The position numbers and the translations under genes are program-made. Of a stretch of 21,930 bases of DNA, positions 1 through 7,347 are shown piece by piece. The DNA comes from Bacteroidales bacterium. GTDB lineage: Bacteria; Bacteroidota; Bacteroidia; Bacteroidales; UBA4181. Under the pieces are notes generated by a model that saw only the letters and a program-made list of their open reading frames with translations, made no database searches and was not told where the DNA came from. Every line of letters starts with the position of its first letter. Position 1 is the stretch's first letter. The stretch is from contig JAISCQ010000206.1 of NCBI GenBank assembly GCA_031265445.1, forward strand, positions 1 through 21,930, read 5' to 3'.

Positions 1-311
1 GATCCGGTACTTTTCCCTATCCGTACTCCGAGTTTGTTCCGGGCAACCATCCTGCAAAAGAAATCAGCAGCCGAGGCAGTAAGTTCGCTTTGCAGTACAT
101 ACAGATTTCCGTTGAATCCTGCTTCGTTCGGCAAACAAAAAACTTCGCTCTGATAAGGCTGGTATATGATATCGTCATCATTTAAAGGTTTTATAAAACG
201 GGCATAGTTGAAATAAACGGTATCGTGGCGGAAACATTCGAAGAGTTTTTCTATTCCTGCATCTCCTCCTCCATTCGTGCTGACATCGATAAACAAAAGT
301 ATCCCGCTCTG
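1..311 (-). pseudogene. S41-family (C-terminal processing) peptidase-like catalytic-domain fragment, N-terminally truncated, running off the left window edge
   Basis: A minus-strand frame is open from the in-frame stop (plus 312-314) to position 1 and contains no ATG. Its translation (QSGILLFIDVSTNGGGDAGIEKLFECF ... LQSELTASAADFFCRMVARNKLGVRIGKSTG) matches the S41 NGGG loop and the TASA(A/S)E-x-f...G.R..G.xTfGkG Ser-nucleophile region. Only about 5 codons precede the NGGG motif, so the PDZ/N-terminal half is absent. It is therefore a fragment, or a gene with an unusual TTG start near 296. Confidence 0.35.
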
Positions 312-1051
312 TTATATCAACAGGCTCATTGAACTTCTATTTGCCTATTGGTCAGACACGTACTTTAGCATACGATCGCCTTTCATCATTGCAACCTGAT
401 ATACATTGGGCTTTTCCGCAATAATTTTCGATCCGACCAAGTAACAGCTACCAATAATATATTAGGTTCCAAAGATAATATACTTTTTTCGAATCGAAAC
501 ATTTTTTTTGAAACTATTTTTATTTTACTTGTAATCAACAGAATTATAATGAGAGAAATATATATACCAAAATGTCCATTAGCGCATTCATATCCCTTTG
601 AGCAGTCCATATTTTCTAATGGACACCATTAGGAAAAATGGTTGATAATATATTGGAGTACACGTCAGTATATTGCATTAATTAATTAGGTAAATCTGTA
701 GCATAAGAGGAAGATATCATGCAGCATGATCATAGAATTCGTGATTCAAGAGATCACATCATGGGGCTCCTACCCTACCCTATCCCTATCCTGCATACTT
801 TTTATCGGTTGGCTGCGGTGCGACCCGAAGACAATCTTCTGCGCCCAGTGTATAAGCTATACCTATCCCGTTATACTTGTTGGAAATCTTAATGGCATTG
901 ATCATTTCCTCGAAATTGCGGATCACTGCCATGACGAACGTCTTTTGGATTGATAAACTGACTTTCTGGCATTTTTATATTTATTTGCTTTCATATTTAC
1001 TTTGGTTATTTTTGATATTCATGTCTTATACTTGATCAGCATAATGACAGG

Positions 1052-1083
1052 ATTTGATTCTTCACGAAAAAACCATATCTTTG
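1052..1083 (+). promoter_or_regulatory. Candidate Bacteroidetes sigma-A promoter (-33 TTTG at 1052-1055; -7 TAtcTTTG at 1076-1083) for the dehydrogenase/ackA genes
   Basis: There is an exact TAnnTTTG match with a TTTG 21 bp upstream. It lies 16 bp before the ATG at 1099. Confidence 0.45.
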
Positions 1084-1098
1084 GTCAAAAATTGAGCG

Positions 1099-2127
1099 AT
1101 GTTGAAAAGTGATCATGATGACACGATACGGACTCAAAATATTGAACATATGTCAGAATCATTAGAGAAGTTTGCATTAAACAAAAAAATTGCGAAACAG
1201 GGGCTGATCCACAAGGTAGGCCTGATCGGTTGTGGGGAAGTAGGACAAGAAGTTGCACGCATCGTCAGCCAGGCGGGTATCGAATTGGTATTCATCGAAA
1301 TAAACGAGTTGCGAGTTGTTGAAGCCGACAGGTTCATACAGATGCAGCTGGATGAAATGATCAACCGCTGGGGACTTACGCAAGGCGACAAGCGGGTGAT
1401 CCTTTCGCGTATCAAGGGTACTACCGATTACAATTCCATTCGTAATTGCGACCTGATCATTGAAACCATCAGTTCGGATAACCCGTTGCACGACCGTATC
1501 GAGTTGTTTCGGCGTATCGAAGATTACGTAACTCCCGAAACCCCAATCACCAGCAGTGTATCGACCCTGATGATTACCGATATCGCTGCCGGTATGAAAT
1601 TTCCCGAAAGGGCGCTGGCGCTGAATTTCTTTGCTTCGCCGTCGTCAGTACGGATTGTGGAGGTGGTGTGCGGATTGCAAACCGACGAGCGATCGCACAA
1701 ACTGGTGTGCCGTTTCGCGAAGATGATCGGTAAGGAACCCATTACTGTCAACGAATCGCCCGGCAGTATCAGTACCCGATTAATCGTTACATTGATCAAC
1801 GAAGCATGCAATACGTTGGTGGAAGGCGTAGCGAGTGTCGAAAACATCGACAATATCATGAAACTCGGGTTCGGGATGCAACACGGCCCGCTCGAATTGG
1901 CCGACCGCATCGGACTCGATAAGGTACTGCGATACATGGATCATCTTTTTGCTGAGTTCGGATTCAACAAATTCAAGGCTTCGCCCCTGATCAAACGCCT
2001 GGTGAGGGCCAACCACCTGGGTATACGTACCGGTAAAGGGTTTTATGTATACGGCCAAAACGGGTACAAGACAGGCATGAACGTGCTGTCGACACAAATC
2101 GTGAGCCACCGGGACAATGAACAATGA
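1099..2127 (+). CDS. 3-hydroxyacyl-CoA / 3-hydroxybutyryl-CoA dehydrogenase family protein (Hbd-like)
   Basis: The protein aligns along its full length to clostridial Hbd. It has the N-terminal Rossmann GxGxxG (GLIGCGEVGQEV), an ITSSVS...ESPGSISTRL core, and a C-terminal domain reading LGFGMQHGPLELADRIGLD ... VRANHLGIRTGKGFYVY. The true start could be the internal Met at about 1150 (MSESLEK). Confidence 0.85.
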   Translation: MLKSDHDDTIRTQNIEHMSESLEKFALNKKIAKQGLIHKVGLIGCGEVGQEVARIVSQAGIELVFIEINELRVVEADRFIQMQLDEMINRWGLTQGDKRVILSRIKGTTDYNSIRNCDLIIETISSDNPLHDRIELFRRIEDYVTPETPITSSVSTLMITDIAAGMKFPERALALNFFASPSSVRIVEVVCGLQTDERSHKLVCRFAKMIGKEPITVNESPGSISTRLIVTLINEACNTLVEGVASVENIDNIMKLGFGMQHGPLELADRIGLDKVLRYMDHLFAEFGFNKFKASPLIKRLVRANHLGIRTGKGFYVYGQNGYKTGMNVLSTQIVSHRDNEQ

Positions 2128-2136
2128 ACATTTAAA

Positions 2137-2168
2137 ATTTTGAATTTTGAATTTTGAATTTTGAATCC
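2137..2168. repeat. Microsatellite (ATTTTGAA)x4 in the 5' leader of ackA
   Basis: The sequence aaaattttgaattttgaattttgaattttgaatcc is read directly. Each unit carries a TTTG (-33-like) motif. Confidence 0.8.
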
Positions 2169-2200
2169 GAAACTTTAAACCTAAACTTTGCATATTCATC

Positions 2201-3400
2201 ATGAAAATTATAGTCATTAATTGCGGAAGTTCATCCATCAAATATCAATTATTCGATATGGGCGGTCCTACCATCCTGGCCAAAGGGGTGGTGGAAAAGA
2301 TCGGTCTTAACGGATCGTTTATCAAACACGAATCTAACGGTTTCAAAAACACATTCGAAGGCGAAATTATCGACCACCAGGCAGGTATCGAATACATGCT
2401 CGGTATCCTGATCAGCAAGAAGCACGGCTGCATCAAGAGTTTCGACGAGATTGACGCTGTGGGTCACCGGGTAGTACATGGCGGCGAAAAATTCAACTCC
2501 AGCGTGCTCATCACCGATGAGGTGGTAGCCATGCTTGAGGAATGTATCCAGCTGGCCCCTTTGCATAACCCGCCTAATTTAAGTGGTATATACGCTATGA
2601 GCAGCCTCCTTCCTGATGTCCCGCAGGTAGGCGCTTTCGATACGGCTTTCCATCAAACCATGCCCGATCACGCTTACATGTATGCCATACCTTATTCGCT
2701 GTATACGAAGCATGCCATCCGCAGGTACGGATTTCACGGTACGAGCCACCGGTACGTATCGCAACGCGCACTCGAAATATTAGCCGGCAGGAATGTCCGT
2801 AAAATTATTACCTGCCATCTGGGTAATGGCGCGTCCGTAGCTGCCATTGTCGATGGCAAGTCGGCGGATACATCCATGGGACTTACGCCCGTGGAAGGCC
2901 TGGTGATGGGCACCCGTTGCGGCGACCTCGATCCGGGTATTATCACTTATGTGATGCAATGCGAGGACATTAGCCGGGGAACGGTGAATACACTGATCAA
3001 CAAGCACAGCGGACTGCTGGGAGTAAGCGGGGTATCGTCGGATATGCGCGAACTGGAAGATGCTTCGGCAAAAGGAAACGAACGCGCCCAATTAGCATTG
3101 CGCATGTTTCGCTATCGAGTTCGCAAATATATCGGCGCCTATGCGGCTGCTATGGGCGGAGTGGATGTGGTGGTGTTTACCGGCGGTATCGGCGAAAATT
3201 CGGATAATACACGCTACGAAATCGCGAAAGACCTGGAATTTCTCGGTCTCGAATTCGATAAAGATAAAAATACCGGCGTACGCGGCGAAGAAAAGATCAT
3301 CAGCAAGGACGGTTCGCGTGTCACAGCAATGGTAATCCCAACCGACGAAGAATTAGTAATTGCGCAGGATACCGAAATAATTATCCGGGAAAAGAAGTAA
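2201..3400 (+). CDS. ackA: Acetate kinase
   Basis: The N-terminus MKIIVINCGSSSIKYQLF is the classical acetate/propionate kinase signature. Conserved HRVVHGG, FDTAFHQTMP, GFHGTSH and VVFTGGIGEN motifs are present. Length is 399 aa. Confidence 0.95.
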   Translation: MKIIVINCGSSSIKYQLFDMGGPTILAKGVVEKIGLNGSFIKHESNGFKNTFEGEIIDHQAGIEYMLGILISKKHGCIKSFDEIDAVGHRVVHGGEKFNSSVLITDEVVAMLEECIQLAPLHNPPNLSGIYAMSSLLPDVPQVGAFDTAFHQTMPDHAYMYAIPYSLYTKHAIRRYGFHGTSHRYVSQRALEILAGRNVRKIITCHLGNGASVAAIVDGKSADTSMGLTPVEGLVMGTRCGDLDPGIITYVMQCEDISRGTVNTLINKHSGLLGVSGVSSDMRELEDASAKGNERAQLALRMFRYRVRKYIGAYAAAMGGVDVVVFTGGIGENSDNTRYEIAKDLEFLGLEFDKDKNTGVRGEEKIISKDGSRVTAMVIPTDEELVIAQDTEIIIREKK

Positions 3401-3409
3401 TAACCTTCC

Positions 3410-3490
3410 GGCGCATGCGAAAAATATTTTGACGCATGCGAAAAATGTTCTGACGCATGCGAAAAATGTTTCGGCGCATGCGAATTTTTC
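3410..3490. repeat. Four tandem 21-bp direct repeats, each containing the 8-bp palindrome CGCATGCG (consensus GrCGCATGCGAAAAATrTTyt)
   Basis: Units at 3410-3430, 3431-3451 and 3452-3472, plus a diverged fourth at 3473-3490. The array lies between the convergent 3' ends of ackA (+) and the helicase gene (-). A 21-bp unit is two helical turns. Confidence 0.8.
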
Positions 3491-3640
3491 ACAGCGTCAT
3501 CCGGAAAAACCGGGGAACAGTCCATCCGGACACGGCGACATCTCCCATATTCCATTATAAAGACCTGTTCCATGGAAAAGGAGAACGCGCATATCGAACT
3601 GTTGAGCCTGCTAAGCGGCATCATCTGTATTTTGCATCAA

Positions 3641-3671
3641 CCCTGTCAGCAAGTCCGCAGACCTGACAGGG
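3641..3671. other. Hairpin CCCTGTCAG-N13-CTGACAGGG, a member of the CCTGTCA..TGACAGG hairpin family, 3' of the helicase gene
   Basis: A 9-bp perfect inverted repeat is read directly. The loop contains CGCAG, as does the copy at 7096-7126. Confidence 0.6.
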
Positions 3672-3724
3672 TCGAAATCGCAGTGGAGACATTCTTGCAG
3701 ACCGCCAGTCATATTATAAGTCTA

Positions 3725-6700
3725 TTAACCAAACAGATCCTTCAACGATACTTCTCTTTCCCTCACTTCTTCCACCTTATTGAGGCTCACGTACCACAGG
3801 AATCCCTTTACAGAAGCGTATCCCATTTTTCGCAGGTGTTCCATGTAGCGCAGCACCTGGTTCCGGTATTTTCCAGATTCTACTTCGCCGAACTTATAAT
3901 CGATCACTTGTATGTGCCCCTTTTCGAAAACGATCCGGTCAGGACGGGCAATGGAACCGTCGGGAAGCAGGATTTCCGCTTCGGTTTTCACCTGCATGCC
4001 CGGTGCAAACCATCGCCTGACGGTTGGGTTGACAAGCGCCTGATGTACCATATCAATAATGTGTGTCCGTTCCGCTTCTGACAGTTTGCCTTCGGTGATC
4101 ATCGTATTGAGGGTATGTTCCAGGTCGGCGGTGGTAACAATACTGCGGAAAATATCGTGTAACAGCCGGCCCTTGTTCATTTGGGCGCCAGATACAACGT
4201 CGGAGACAAAGTAGGCGCTGTTCCGCGTGATGTGCGGAACAAAATCCCAGGTACGCGGGGCTGATCGGCTCAAATACGATGCCTGCTCAGCGATCTTTTC
4301 TTCCTTTCCGGTTTCTTTTCCAGTCAAAATGCCTAATTCGAAACATAAAACACCCTTCTCACCCCTTTTCCAGGAGGGGAAATCCGTGCTGTTTGAGAGA
4401 GGTTGATGGTATATTCTGTGAATCAAATCTTTTATCCCGGTAAACTCGTTTTTCTCCTGTTGCGGAATCGAAATGAACAATGCTTTGCGGGCGCGGGTGA
4501 AAGCCACGTACAGCAGGTTCAGATTGTCGATGTACGACAGCATTTTTTCGCGCAGATATTCCTTCACAAAAACGGTGTTGCGCAGCGCCGGCTCGAATTT
4601 TAGCGGCAGGAGTTTCATATCGTTGAACGGCTCCCCTGCAGGCTGGCACCACAGCGTTTTTCCGGCCTTGCACAATGGCCAGTCGCAGAAAGGAATGATC
4701 ACGGCGTCGAACTCCAATCCCTTCGATTTGTGAATGGTGATCAGCCGGATGGCATCCTGGCTGTCGGGCATGGTCATGTATTTCCGGTTCTTTTCTCCTT
4801 CCCACCAGTCTAAAAACGAACGGACGTCGGTGGCTTCCCGCCGGGTGTACTGTAGCAAAATATCCTGAAATGCCTGCAAAAAAGGTGCTTGCCCGGCATT
4901 TTGATACAGATTGTATTGATGGATCAGCTTGTCGGACAGTTCGTATACAGGCAGGGAACTCTCCGTTTCTCCGCAGGAGAAAAGCGATGTGCTGTCCAAC
5001 AGTGATCCGGACGGGGACTCAACTCCTCCCCCCCTGTGGGAAGGGGGTTGGGGGGAGAGATATGTTTCGTACTCGTGTTGCAGGTACGCGCGGTTGATCA
5101 GGTCGTTGGGCTCCACGATATAGCGCATGGCCGCAACCAGCCATTTCACCGCGGGCGAATTACCAATCAGTAACGATTCGTTCGACAACACGTCGTAACG
5201 GTACTTCGAATCGGGGTTTGCCCGACGGTATGCGAGCAGCATATCGGCAATGGTTTGCGCCTCCCTGTTCTCGCGTACCAGTATGGCGATGTCCGACAAT
5301 CCGTATCCCATATCCTGCAGATGCTCTATACGCCGGGTCAGTTCTTCGAGCGCCTTGTCGCGCCATGTTTTTTCTGCATCCTTTTCTTCAGCAATTGCCG
5401 ACAGATGTACATAACCCTTTTCCTCTTTCTGCCGTTCGGGCAAATGTTGATAGCTGTCCTTATATGCTTCGGTCATCGACGCTGCCAGACCATGCAGATA
5501 TTCTTCATCGGCTGTTTTTTCCTCGTCGGTCAGGAAGGCTCCGCATAACTGCAATACGGCTTCCCGGAAAAAAGCATTGTTGAAGTGAACCACTTCGGGG
5601 GCGCTTCGCCAGTTCTTATCTAAGTTCCGCACCTTCACGTACTGTGAACCCAGGTCGCGTTCCACCTGTTCCGACAGGATTTTCCAGTCGGTATTACGCC
5701 AGCGGTAAATCGCCTGTTTCACATCGCCCACAATCCACTCCCGGTAACCCGAAGCGATGCTGTTGGCGACGAGCGGCCGGAAATTATCCCACTGGATGGA
5801 TGATGTATCCTGGAACTCATCGATCATGAAATGATTATAGAAACTGCCCACGCGTTCGTAGATGAACGGCGCGTCGGCATTGGCGATGATCGTTTTCAGG
5901 AATCCCGACGCTTCCGAGAGCAGGAACAGGTTCTGATTGCGGGTATACTCGTTCACGTAGCGCATCAGATCGCACAGCACGCCCAATACGTTGATTTGTT
6001 TCAGGATTACGGCGGCTGTGGCCACTTCCCGTGCATGTTCGGTTTGGTAGGTCACCATGTTTTGCAACATTTCACCTAATCCACCTTCATATGCATTCCT
6101 GACAGGGGTTTTCCAGTGCGAATATTTGCCATGCCAGCCTTCGATACCTTTGAGCGCCAGCATTACATAAGTATTGATCTTTGCTTCCTTCCGTTTGGAG
6201 AGTTTGTCAAAATATCCTCCCACTCCACTGCTTTTCCTGGTAAAATGATCGACTTCAAGTCCGTAACTTTCCATGATGGATATTGCCATCTGGCCGTATC
6301 CTTGCAGGTAATCCCAGTAACTATCGACCAATTGCTGCAATTTCATGCGGTAACGCTCCAAACTTTCCTTGTCGGTAGTTTCGCGCAATATCTCAGGCTC
6401 GATGTTTTGCAGTTCTTCGCTGAAAATCTCGCTTCCGAGCCGCAATACATCCGACTTGAAGTTCCATGACTTACCTTCTTCGATCTTCCGTTTGGCCCAT
6501 CCTACCAGCCAGTCCTTCAGAAAATCGTTCTTGTCGATATCGTCCAGCATCAGTCCGGTCGACTCGTCGAGTACCGAATCCTGGTCGAGTTCCACGTTAT
6601 ATCCGGCATACAGACCCATTTCGCGAGCAAACGAGCGGATTACCTTCTGGAAAAAACTGTCGATAGTGACTACCGAAAAATGAGAATAGTCATGCAGCAG

Positions 6701-7078
6701 GTATTTCAATACTTTCCCGGCTATGGCGGGCAGGTCGTTTTCGCGTATCCCTGTTGCTTCCGCCATATCCCCGATATACTTTTCGTCCTTGCGGTTAGCC
6801 ATACGGTGTAAGTCGCGCACAATGCGGCTTTTCATCTCTTCCGTGGCCTTGTTGGTAAATGTTACGGCAAGGATGCGCCGGTGATAGTTGCTGCTGCTCA
6901 GCAGCAACTTGATGTATTCGGCGGTAAGGGTATAGGTTTTTCCGGAACCGGCCGATGCGCGGTATATGGCAAGGTGGCTGATAAGCGGTACAATTTGGTT
7001 TATACGGCAAATGTAAGCAATTTTTGATTTTTGAAAGACGATTTGCGCTCGTATTTTTTGTAAAAAAAATACGAGCAT
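3725..7078 (-). CDS. UvrD/Rep-family superfamily-1 helicase fused to a C-terminal RecB-type PD-(D/E)xK nuclease (AddA/RecB-like helicase-nuclease)
   Basis: An N-terminal Walker A (IYRASAGSGKTYTLT) is followed by UvrD-like helicase motifs (MIDEFQDTS, VGDVKQAIYRWR). A C-terminal RecB-nuclease motif reads HIQVIDYKFGE followed by QVLRYMEHL (the QxxxY motif). Length is 1117 aa. Confidence 0.9.
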   Translation of the reverse strand: MLVFFLQKIRAQIVFQKSKIAYICRINQIVPLISHLAIYRASAGSGKTYTLTAEYIKLLLSSSNYHRRILAVTFTNKATEEMKSRIVRDLHRMANRKDEKYIGDMAEATGIRENDLPAIAGKVLKYLLHDYSHFSVVTIDSFFQKVIRSFAREMGLYAGYNVELDQDSVLDESTGLMLDDIDKNDFLKDWLVGWAKRKIEEGKSWNFKSDVLRLGSEIFSEELQNIEPEILRETTDKESLERYRMKLQQLVDSYWDYLQGYGQMAISIMESYGLEVDHFTRKSSGVGGYFDKLSKRKEAKINTYVMLALKGIEGWHGKYSHWKTPVRNAYEGGLGEMLQNMVTYQTEHAREVATAAVILKQINVLGVLCDLMRYVNEYTRNQNLFLLSEASGFLKTIIANADAPFIYERVGSFYNHFMIDEFQDTSSIQWDNFRPLVANSIASGYREWIVGDVKQAIYRWRNTDWKILSEQVERDLGSQYVKVRNLDKNWRSAPEVVHFNNAFFREAVLQLCGAFLTDEEKTADEEYLHGLAASMTEAYKDSYQHLPERQKEEKGYVHLSAIAEEKDAEKTWRDKALEELTRRIEHLQDMGYGLSDIAILVRENREAQTIADMLLAYRRANPDSKYRYDVLSNESLLIGNSPAVKWLVAAMRYIVEPNDLINRAYLQHEYETYLSPQPPSHRGGGVESPSGSLLDSTSLFSCGETESSLPVYELSDKLIHQYNLYQNAGQAPFLQAFQDILLQYTRREATDVRSFLDWWEGEKNRKYMTMPDSQDAIRLITIHKSKGLEFDAVIIPFCDWPLCKAGKTLWCQPAGEPFNDMKLLPLKFEPALRNTVFVKEYLREKMLSYIDNLNLLYVAFTRARKALFISIPQQEKNEFTGIKDLIHRIYHQPLSNSTDFPSWKRGEKGVLCFELGILTGKETGKEEKIAEQASYLSRSAPRTWDFVPHITRNSAYFVSDVVSGAQMNKGRLLHDIFRSIVTTADLEHTLNTMITEGKLSEAERTHIIDMVHQALVNPTVRRWFAPGMQVKTEAEILLPDGSIARPDRIVFEKGHIQVIDYKFGEVESGKYRNQVLRYMEHLRKMGYASVKGFLWYVSLNKVEEVREREVSLKDLFG
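5024..5060. repeat. GC-rich hairpin (CTCCTCCCCCC ... GGGGGGAGAG) embedded in-frame in the helicase CDS
   Basis: An inverted repeat of C- and G-runs is read directly. It encodes a Pro/Gly/Ser-rich low-complexity segment (PQPPSHRGGGVESPSGS) inside the helicase. Confidence 0.5.
7047..7076. promoter_or_regulatory. Perfect 13-bp inverted repeat GCTCGTATTTTTT-gtaa-AAAAAATACGAGC overlapping the first codons of the helicase gene
   Basis: A perfect palindrome is read directly. The helicase ATG (plus 7076-7078) abuts it, and codons 2-10 lie within it. It may be an operator or a translational control element. Confidence 0.4.
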
Positions 7079-7095
7079 GCGTTCCTTAGCCGTTC

Positions 7096-7126
7096 CAACC
7101 TGTCAACTTCGCAGTCTGACAGGTTG
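7096..7126. other. Hairpin CAACCTGTCA-N11-TGACAGGTTG, a member of the CCTGTCA..TGACAGG family, just upstream of the helicase start
   Basis: A 10-bp perfect inverted repeat with a loop containing CGCAG. It has the same core and loop motif as the hairpin at 3641-3671. Confidence 0.6.
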
Positions 7127-7142
7127 ATATACGCAACCATGA

Positions 7143-7184
7143 TAAAAGCCTAACTGATCTATTTTCAATTAGGCTTTTATTTTT
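7143..7184. terminator. Terminator-like hairpin (12-bp perfect stem ATAAAAGCCTAA / TTAGGCTTTTAT, 14-nt loop) plus a T-run, immediately 3' of the tRNA
   Basis: Read directly. It abuts the tRNA-Leu 3' end at 7187, and the stem is U-rich. It likely terminates the tRNA transcript or aids its processing. Confidence 0.5.
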
Positions 7185-7186
7185 AG

Positions 7187-7270
7187 TACCCAGGGCCGGG
7201 ATCGAACCGGCACGAGTGTTATCTCACTGGTGTTTGAGACCAGCGCGTCTACCAATTCCGCCACCTGGGC
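7187..7270 (-). tRNA. tRNA-Leu (anticodon CAA), type II with a long variable arm
   Basis: Folded by hand from the reverse complement GCCCAGG-TG-GCG-GAATTGGTAGA-CGC-G-CTGGT-CTCAAAC-ACCAG-TGAGATAACACTCGTG-GCCGG-TTCGATC-CCGGC-CCTGGGT-A. The acceptor stem has a G1:U72 pair, the D-stem is 3 bp, and the anticodon loop has U33 followed by CAA. The T-loop reads TTCGATC, the discriminator is A, and no CCA is encoded. Confidence 0.85.
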
Positions 7271-7290
7271 GTGGTGTCAAATTGCGGGTG

Positions 7291-7321
7291 CAAAGATACA
7301 GGTTTCTTTATTTCGGCCAAA
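7291..7321 (-). promoter_or_regulatory. Candidate tRNA-Leu promoter (-7 TAtcTTTG at 7298..7291 and -33 TTTG at 7321..7318 on the minus strand)
   Basis: An exact Bacteroidetes -7 consensus lies 20 bp from a TTTG. The predicted TSS is about 10 nt upstream of the tRNA 5' end. Confidence 0.5.
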
Positions 7322-7347
7322 TATTTTTAGATTTTTTCTTTACGGTT

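Noticed and set aside
386-953. ORFs 386-610 (minus, 74 aa) and 726-953 (plus, 75 aa)
   Set aside because: They are AT-rich and low-complexity with hydrophobic translations and no motifs. They are probably spurious in a decayed intergenic region.
3214-3624. 136-aa minus-strand ORF and 64/69-aa plus ORFs over the 21-bp repeat region
   Set aside because: The peptide periodicity (HFSHASEHFSHASKYFSHA) is just the translated DNA repeat. The region lies between convergent gene ends and overlaps the ackA 3' end.
3572-4081. 169-aa plus-strand ORF
   Set aside because: It overlaps the C-terminal nuclease-domain coding region of the helicase on the opposite strand, and it has no motifs.
7141-7184. Hairpin as a terminator of a plus-strand gene
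   Set aside because: No plus-strand gene lies upstream. It is better explained as the tRNA-Leu (minus) 3' processing or termination hairpin, and it is symmetric, so strand assignment is ambiguous.
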